Origin: a virus
Taxonomy: Duplodnaviria > Caudoviricetes
DNA length: 64,000 nucleotides
Strand: one strand, 5' to 3'
IMG/VR virus record: IMGVR_UViG_2974602183_000001
Coordinates: 48,107-112,106 of that record
Part shown: one piece after another, positions 58,400 through 64,000 of the stretch
Layout of the letters: the number at the start of each line of letters is the position of its first letter
Position numbering within the stretch: position 1 is the stretch's first letter
Position numbers and translations under genes: made by a program
The notes under the pieces: model-generated
What the model saw: the letters and a program-made list of their open reading frames with translations, nothing else
Databases searched by the model: none
What the model was told of the DNA's origin: nothing

Positions 58400-59110
58400 A
58401 TTGATAGGTTTTGGCTATCAGCGATTTTTGTCTATAAATATAAGGAAACGGGCGCGCGTCTATCATAGCTAGGAATAAATATCAAATATTTTGGTGAAAA
58501 GTGTGATATAGCTCCAACCCAAAAATCATGCCAACTTGAAAAACACTGTATAAATATACATGCCTCTAAAACGCTCTGTGTGCGTTTCTAAGCGATTTTA
58601 GCCTCTACCCTTGCAATGGTATTCCCAAACAGTTTATGCACTTTTGGGTATTTTTCTGCATATTTATTCACTTTAGTGAATAGAGTGAGAACGAGCTTCT
58701 TTGAAAAGTCAAGGACAAATTTCAAACTCAAAAATCGTCGCAGATGAGAATCCATATTATATATAAATGATAAGGATTCTCATTCGCAGATGAGAACCTT
58801 TTGCATTTGGGTCGAAAAATCGTTGGCACGCCTTTTGCAAGGCAAAATGTATGCCAAGCCTTTTGTTCACAACTTTATGCACATTAGCAAGTTCTAATAA
58901 TACTGGTTATGTACTGTATATCCACAACTTATCAACAGGCTAAGTAAAGTTATCCACCCTAAAAAGGCACTTATAAATTACGGAATGCCGTTTCTAGGCT
59001 GTAGAATCCATTCTAAGCGGTTATCCACAACCTAGACATATTAAAGTAAGGCTTCTTTCTAAAACCTCTCAGAAACGCTTACAGAGCTTATACCCGTTTT
59101 GCTGGTGGTT
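58400..59110. promoter_or_regulatory. Cluster A of host-regulator-like sites (Fur, sigma54, DnaA, LexA, ArgR, CRP, LysR-type)
   Basis: Examples: AATGATAAGGATTCTCATT 58766, TTGGCACGCCTTTTGC 58823, TTATCCACA 59021. Confidence 0.75.
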
Positions 59111-59182
59111 ATAACAAAATGTTATTAGACAAATGGGCTAGAATTGCTACTATATAAGGGAAGGCGGCAAGGAGGACACAAC

Positions 59183-59302
59183 ATGTACCGTATTCACTTT
59201 GATGTTATTTGGTGGTGTCTCAATAAAGAGACGGGCGAGTATACTACAGCTAGTAGTATGCAGAAACTATTTGACAAGGTAGGTATAACATGTTTGAACT
59301 AA
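59183..59302 (+). CDS. 39-aa pre-early protein (not in ORF track)
   Basis: AGGAGG RBS; MYRIHFDVIWWCLNKETGEYTTASSMQKLFDKVGITCLN. Confidence 0.7.
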   Translation: MYRIHFDVIWWCLNKETGEYTTASSMQKLFDKVGITCLN

Positions 59303-59364
59303 TTGCTTGTGTTATGTTTATTGCTGCTATTGCAGTAGGTCTTTACCCCCATTGGAGATGTTAA
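59290..59364 (+). CDS. 24-aa hydrophobic peptide (not in ORF track)
   Basis: MFELIACVMFIAAIAVGLYPHWRC; AGGTAGG upstream; fills the gap between neighbours. Confidence 0.5.
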   Translation: MFELIACVMFIAAIAVGLYPHWRC

Positions 59365-59366
59365 AA

Positions 59367-59660
59367 ATGTTTGTATTAAGTGAAAATGATGTTCGTAAAA
59401 CTGGTTTTATGGAAGCTAGAGAGTTAAAATTTGGTGACACGTTTATACAAAAAGATGAAGAATTAACATTAGAAAATGTTAAAATTGCAGTGTGTCACTA
59501 TGCCGACGATGACGACGACATAGTATATATGCCTTTAGTACCTAAAGAAACACACAACTTACAAGAATTTGGAGATATTCGTTCTGATAACTATATCAGT
59601 AGTTCGGGCAACGTTTGCCTAGTGAAAGTGGTAGTCGAGGGAGTGTCTAAAAATGTTTAA
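59367..59660 (+). CDS. Pre-early hypothetical protein (paralog 1)
   Basis: Start moved to the ATG after GGAG; similar to 59968-60264. Confidence 0.8.
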   Translation: MFVLSENDVRKTGFMEARELKFGDTFIQKDEELTLENVKIAVCHYADDDDDIVYMPLVPKETHNLQEFGDIRSDNYISSSGNVCLVKVVVEGVSKNV

Positions 59661-59958
59661 CCAAAAAGATAAGACTAGTCTAGTCACTCTTGACTATATA
59701 CTGGCGGAATTGTCAATGCTATCCGCAACGGATGACCCATCAGACACGGTATGGTATATCGACTCGGATGAGTCCTTGTTGATTACGGTACATCCTAAAT
59801 ACGGGCTAGTGTTCTACAACGATGAGATGCAAACTATAGGTATCTACGACAGAGAGCAAGAAAGCGAGATGCTAAACCTACTAGACGACTGGTCTATTTA
59901 TAGTGACTCTAAGGTGTGGCGTGAAATTGGTATAGACCAAATCGACTACGTAGTGTAG
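59653..59958 (+). CDS. Pre-early acidic hypothetical protein
   Basis: GAGGGAG RBS, overlaps the upstream ORF. Confidence 0.8.
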   Translation: MFNQKDKTSLVTLDYILAELSMLSATDDPSDTVWYIDSDESLLITVHPKYGLVFYNDEMQTIGIYDREQESEMLNLLDDWSIYSDSKVWREIGIDQIDYVV

Positions 59959-59967
59959 GGGTAGGAT

Positions 59968-60264
59968 ATGATTGTTCACAAAAAAGACAAAAAAGACAAA
60001 AAAGAGTTCTTGGCAAGCGATTTGCTACAAGGTCAAGCCTTTGTTATCCGAGGTGAGGATATAGAGCTAAAAAATGTTAAGATAGCTCTATACACCTATT
60101 CAGAGACGGATGAGGATGTAGTTTACTTGCCCATCAATAGTGCATCGGCACACAAAACAGACTGTTTAAGGTTCCAAGATAATTACTATATAAGCGAGGA
60201 TGCCAAGGTAGTGCCTGTGGTTCTAGAAGTAGAAGACGTGTATCCTGACAAAAATGTGAGCTAG
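59968..60264 (+). CDS. Pre-early hypothetical protein (paralog 2)
   Basis: LKNVKIA / DVVYLP / YIS shared with 59367-59660. Confidence 0.8.
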   Translation: MIVHKKDKKDKKEFLASDLLQGQAFVIRGEDIELKNVKIALYTYSETDEDVVYLPINSASAHKTDCLRFQDNYYISEDAKVVPVVLEVEDVYPDKNVS

Positions 60265-60298
60265 GTCACTTGACTAGGGCAACGGATTGTCCTATTAT
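60255..60298 (+). promoter_or_regulatory. sigma70 promoter with abutting CRP-like site
   Basis: TGTGA-gctagg-TCACT (60255-60270), then TTGACT-17-TATTAT. Confidence 0.65.
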
Positions 60299-60359
60299 AT
60301 ACCCATACCAGCGAGGTATGACCGACCGGACGGATTTTCCGAGATTTTGGAGATTTACC

Positions 60360-60563
60360 ATGAAAGCATCTAACCTAGTAGCCCTAGCCAATATCATTGA
60401 GACTAACGCCAGTGATTATGCTGTAATCTCAATTACTGACAATGCAATAGATGGTCTAACTGTTGTTTTGGAGCGTGTGGATTCAGGTCACGTCCTGACT
60501 GTACAAGGCGACACACTAAGCGAGCTAGAACAAGCTATCATTAACGGCGTTCAACCATTCTAA
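60360..60563 (+). CDS. Pre-early hypothetical protein (67 aa)
   Basis: Start moved to MKASNL after GGAG. Confidence 0.75.
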   Translation: MKASNLVALANIIETNASDYAVISITDNAIDGLTVVLERVDSGHVLTVQGDTLSELEQAIINGVQPF

Positions 60564-60619
60564 CCAACTAGGGCGACTAAGGTCGCCCACAACTAACCGC
60601 TAAGAGCGAGGAAAAGACC

Positions 60620-60955
60620 ATGTATACATATAACGCTATAGTAGACGACCCAACTCATCGTTGGTATGGTATGTTAGTTAAAGTAGAAGTAACAGACCTG
60701 GACTCAATGGTTCACAAATGTATCCGTGAAGGTCGCCAGTCGTACGTAGATTGCAAGCACTTGAAAAAGCGTAGTGCAGTCAATAACCACGTAGTAGGGG
60801 AACCACGTTGCGGTATCCTATTCAATAAGGGCGCTATTTGGTTAGGCGGTCATTACTCCCCATTCAATCGCCGTTGGTGTATCAACCTAGTACCGTGCAT
60901 CACAATTTGGTTCACCCTGCGAGACGGTAAAGCACCGCAAAGGGCTAAGTTTTGA
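60620..60955 (+). CDS. Pre-early hypothetical protein
   Basis: GAGGA RBS; Trp-rich C-terminus WLGGHYSPFNRRWCINLVPC. Confidence 0.8.
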   Translation: MYTYNAIVDDPTHRWYGMLVKVEVTDLDSMVHKCIREGRQSYVDCKHLKKRSAVNNHVVGEPRCGILFNKGAIWLGGHYSPFNRRWCINLVPCITIWFTLRDGKAPQRAKF

Positions 60956-61084
60956 GAGCCGTATTTGTTCTAGGGGCATTGTTTGGGGTAGTCAGAATTT
61001 ATTTTGGCACGGAACTTGCCCACACGTTTCAAGGCGTACTAGTGATTTTATGTAGCTTGGTCGCCTTGGGGGTATATTACATAG

Positions 61085-61273
61085 ATGGAGAGTAGACTAA
61101 TGTTAGCTTACCAAATAATCTACTACCTAAAAGTTGATGTACTCGGCGGAGGTATCCGCCGATTTACTAAGGCGTTCCCTAGCCGAGAGCTACGGGACGA
61201 AGTATATTATCGCATAGTGACCAGTAACCCTAGAATTGTTGGTCTGGTTGAACTTAAAACAGTGAGGCAATAA
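61085..61273 (+). CDS. Pre-early hypothetical protein
   Basis: ORF; the true start may be the ATG at 61100 after GGAG. Confidence 0.65.
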   Translation: MESRLMLAYQIIYYLKVDVLGGGIRRFTKAFPSRELRDEVYYRIVTSNPRIVGLVELKTVRQ

Positions 61274-61275
61274 TC

Positions 61276-61503
61276 ATGCCAAAATTAATCCATATCGTTG
61301 CACTAGATTTTGAGCTTGTGGAAATTTCAGACTACACTTGGGAAATCTGCGAGGAAGAAATTCACAACGTACTAGATAATATTTTTGTTGAGCACATCCC
61401 CAAGGGTGACTTTTCCGAAGGCTTCCTAGAATTGTTGCGTGAAGACCTAAAGATGACCAAGGATGAGTTTGACAAAGTCACCCACCTTGTAAGTGTTAGC
61501 TAG
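61276..61503 (+). CDS. Pre-early acidic hypothetical protein
   Basis: GAGG RBS; followed by a terminator. Confidence 0.7.
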   Translation: MPKLIHIVALDFELVEISDYTWEICEEEIHNVLDNIFVEHIPKGDFSEGFLELLREDLKMTKDEFDKVTHLVSVS

Positions 61504-61516
61504 CAATAATCATACC

Positions 61517-61541
61517 AATCCCGCCTTGTGTGGGATTTTTT
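61517..61541 (+). terminator. Terminator ending the rightward pre-early operon
   Basis: AATCCCGC-cttgt-GTGGGATTTTTT. Confidence 0.75.
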
Positions 61542-61555
61542 GTATCCAGAGCCTA

Positions 61556-62016
61556 ATTGAGAATGCTTCTCATTTGACCGCGCCCGTCCGGCAATGAGAA
61601 TGATTATCATTTGTGTTACGTGCGTGTGCAAGGCTGCTAGTGGATGGTAGGCTTGCTTTAGTACCTAGGGCGGTGAAACTCGGCTTACAGAGCGTTACAG
61701 TGCCTCTCAAGGGCACCCAGAATATTGCACTACGTGCAAGGTACTGTTTATTTATACAGTGGTATAAGCTGTGGATAACTGTGTGGATAAGTCGTCAGAG
61801 AGCCTTACAGCGATAAAGCAAAAATCGTGCCATGTGGATAACAAAATTCATGCCATATTTTATATTGTCCATCTGTGCAGTAAACTAGATGATAATGCTT
61901 CTCATTCAACCTAGGGAATGCGAATGAGAATGCTTCGCATTCGTACTCGCAGGGGCAAATGAGAATTATTCGCATTTGCAAATGATTATCATTTCGCTCT
62001 TTGAATAATTCTCATT
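61556..62016. promoter_or_regulatory. Cluster B of host-regulator-like sites (7 Fur, 3 DnaA, LexA, sigma54)
   Basis: Examples: AATGAGAATGATTATCATT 61593, CTGTTTATTTATACAG 61744, TGTGGATAA 61770/61782/61833. Confidence 0.8.
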
Positions 62017-62048
62017 CAACTTCTCTGGTACATTGATTCTGCGCCCCA

Positions 62049-62527
62049 GGGAGTGCGAAATCTATGAGTGCAAAAGTTACGTGTGAGTGCGGATTCTATG
62101 TGAGTGCGGATTCTATGTGAGTGCGGATTCTATTGGAAGCTTCGTGGGTTACGACGGCTACGCCGTCGAGCTACATGGGCCCTGGGGCGTTTTTGGAGGT
62201 AATCGGCAAAAACTTGAAATAATCGCTTGACAATCGGGTTTCGGTGAGATTCTGCGCCCTTGGGGCCTCAAAAGCCGCGCCACCTGTGGAGTACAGGAGC
62301 TGGCAGCTCCCCAGGATTAGGTACATATAGAATTCAACCTGGGGCTCAGGGGGTTCGACGGCAAAGCCGTCGGGTTCCTGTAATTTAAGTGCCTGTAATT
62401 TAAGTGCCTGTAATTACAATAAGGCTAGGGATAGGTTGGCTAGGGAAAGTTATGTGAGCTAGGGTAGATTTTTGAATGGGTTTGTGAGTGCGGATTCTAG
62501 GGAAAGTTATGTGAGTGCGGATTCTAT
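62049..62527. repeat. Repeat and hairpin field (injection-stop-signal-like or repeat boundary)
   Basis: 17-bp GTGAGTGCGGATTCTAT x3 tandem (62083-62133) plus copies at 62484 and 62511; 15-bp CCTGTAATTTAAGTG x2.6 (62377-62415); two CGACGGC-N3-GCCGTCG hairpins. Confidence 0.9.
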
Positions 62528-62967
62528 GTAGAGGTTATTAAGTTTTAGAAGCTAGGAATGGATTATAGGGAAAGATACTAGGAAGGGATTACGGGGCGGG
62601 CAAGGCTTTTGTTTTGTAAAAGTCTCTTGTGGGAATTAAGGTAGTCTGTTTTTGAGGAGTCTCTTTTTAGTAAAAGATGACTTTTTAAGGTTCGAGTGGA
62701 ATTTAGGGTATTAGAGTCCCCACCAAAAGATTAAGAAGTTATTAAAAGATATTTAGTAGTATTTTATTGCTCGCTTTTTTGCGAATACTACTAGGATTTT
62801 TGTTGTTTCCATCTCTCCTTTGCTGCCGCCTCCCGAATGGAAACAAGAATCCTAGGCATTCGCGAAGCGAGCTAGGGTTTTTAGAAAGGAGGTAAATTAA
62901 AACCTCCTAGTCTCTAAAAGTTCCATATGATTATAACATATTTTGAAGTTTTTCCAACCGACTTTTT

Positions 62968-63669
62968 CTACTCTGGGGTGAGTTTGATGGTCATTCCGAT
63001 TTTTGGTTTCTCATTCATAAGCTCCTTAGTCTCGCGAAGCTTGGCCGGCTTGCCCTGCCTAAAATCTTCAATCTGTTCGGCTCTAGAAGCTTTAGTTAGT
63101 ATAGGGTGCTTAAGTCCTGGATTGCCATTGCACAAATTGAATTGGCAAGTAGGCTCAAACTCGCGAGTCTTAAGTTCTTCTACCAATTGCATGATATGCA
63201 CTGGTTTTTCATATATTATCTCGTACAACACAGCGAGGACAGGAGTATTCCAAGTATTAGAAAGCTCAGAGTTCTTCTTCCATTTGCCCCAGTTAGGTTT
63301 GTAGCCTAACTCTGGCCATTGAGGTAGTTTTCTCACAAACTCCTTAATGTGTGTAGTATCTCCACTAGAGAAGGAGAGTTCAGTGCCTACGTCAGACTTG
63401 CCACGTCCTAGACCTACAGACTCTGGATTCAGGAAGTAGTTATCACGTTCTTCGTGTAATGCCCAATACCTGCAAATGTACTCTATACCTCCCGGTGCAT
63501 TACCAAAGGAGAATTGCCAAGTACTTTGTGACTTGGCTAGTGACTGTTTTCCTCTCTTAGAGAACCCTAGTAACATTAAGTGTAGCTCCGTTAAAGGTAC
63601 CTCTCCAGTCTTGACTTGTTTTAGTGTTTCTTTTACTTTATGGTAAAGCGCGTGTCTATATTGTTCCAT
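62968..63669 (-). CDS. Hypothetical early protein (233 aa)
   Basis: GAGG RBS, long ORF. Confidence 0.8.
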   Translation of the reverse strand: MEQYRHALYHKVKETLKQVKTGEVPLTELHLMLLGFSKRGKQSLAKSQSTWQFSFGNAPGGIEYICRYWALHEERDNYFLNPESVGLGRGKSDVGTELSFSSGDTTHIKEFVRKLPQWPELGYKPNWGKWKKNSELSNTWNTPVLAVLYEIIYEKPVHIMQLVEELKTREFEPTCQFNLCNGNPGLKHPILTKASRAEQIEDFRQGKPAKLRETKELMNEKPKIGMTIKLTPE

Positions 63670-63678
63670 TGTTACCTC

Positions 63679-64000
63679 TTAAATATCTGCTGCTTGCTCG
63701 TCGTTGTAGTTCTTTGACTTTTGCATCATCTCATCACGCCTGTTCTTATCGCCCGCTTCTTTTTCACGGTCTACTAGGTCTTGTATAATAGCCTCGATAT
63801 CTTTGCGCTTAGTGAATGGGTTGTCCTTCTGCTCAAAGGATACTTTGGCACATTCCGCATCTTCCCAAGCTGAGTGGCCTTCCACTCCTAGGAAGCAACC
63901 AATACACTTTTCATCGGGGTGCATAGATTTAAATGATTTTCCATGAAACTGCTTCCATAGTCGCTCTAGTCGTAGGATTGTGTGGTAGTCTTTATTGGCT
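63679..64000 (-). CDS. Hypothetical protein, probably 5'-truncated by the window edge
   Basis: The frame of 63679-63924 stays open to the window end (ANKDYHTILRLERLWKQFHGKSFKSMHPDE...). Confidence 0.7.
   Translation of the reverse strand, partial: ANKDYHTILRLERLWKQFHGKSFKSMHPDEKCIGCFLGVEGHSAWEDAECAKVSFEQKDNPFTKRKDIEAIIQDLVDREKEAGDKNRRDEMMQKSKNYNDEQAADI

Larger units (their letters stand above)
54930..62700. other. Pre-early / first-step-transfer region, probable long terminal repeat (boundaries approximate)
   Basis: dmp-A1-A2 leftward, small rightward ORFs, then a repeat-rich non-coding segment, directly after terS as in collapsed T5-like assemblies. Confidence 0.7.

Noticed and set aside
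59101-59108. Chi octamer GCTGGTGG at the edge of cluster A
   Set aside because: A single 8-mer is expected by chance in 64 kb. The position is suggestive but unsupported.
61725-61739. TTGCAC-TAC-GTGCAA as an NtrC enhancer for the sigma54 sites
   Set aside because: Half-site spacing is shorter than the 17-bp NtrC site; left unassigned.
61613-61816. 67-aa ORF across cluster B
   Set aside because: No RBS, lies after a terminator, and is made of LexA/DnaA motif sequence.
62083-62133. 17-bp repeats as CRISPR
   Set aside because: Directly tandem with no spacers.

Overview
This window is 64 kb of a lytic T5-like siphophage (Demerecviridae-type gene order). The host is probably a marine gammaproteobacterium such as Vibrio; this is inferred from phoH, the tail-fibre style and the regulator motifs, not proven. 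From left to right it contains: nrdB (partial), nrdA with a Gln-terminated LAGLIDADG intein, and phoH; the rightward replication module (origin-binding primase/helicase, D2, D3, split NAD ligase, D5, helicase, primase, PolA, D10-D15, dUTPase); the leftward late module (L-fibre through terS); and the pre-early/first-step-transfer (FST) region (dmp, A1, A2, small ORFs) ending in a repeat-rich, injection-stop-like segment. The most unusual signal is in the gene-free DNA of the pre-early region (about 58.4-59.1 kb and 61.5-62.0 kb). It is tiled with close matches to host regulator sites: about 10 Fur boxes, 8 sigma54 -24/-12 elements, 9 DnaA-box matches, LexA, CRP and ARG boxes. An rrn-type boxA lies nearby. 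This suggests a DNA decoy or landing-pad array on the first DNA to enter the cell. Other points: a divergent second HK97-fold capsid paralog inside the tail operon, a probable +1 UUU-CGA frameshift in the tail chaperones, loss of pb5/llp alongside an extended J-like central fibre, and 56-bp direct repeats upstream of the origin-binding gene. All homology calls come from motif recognition and synteny by eye. No database searches were run.
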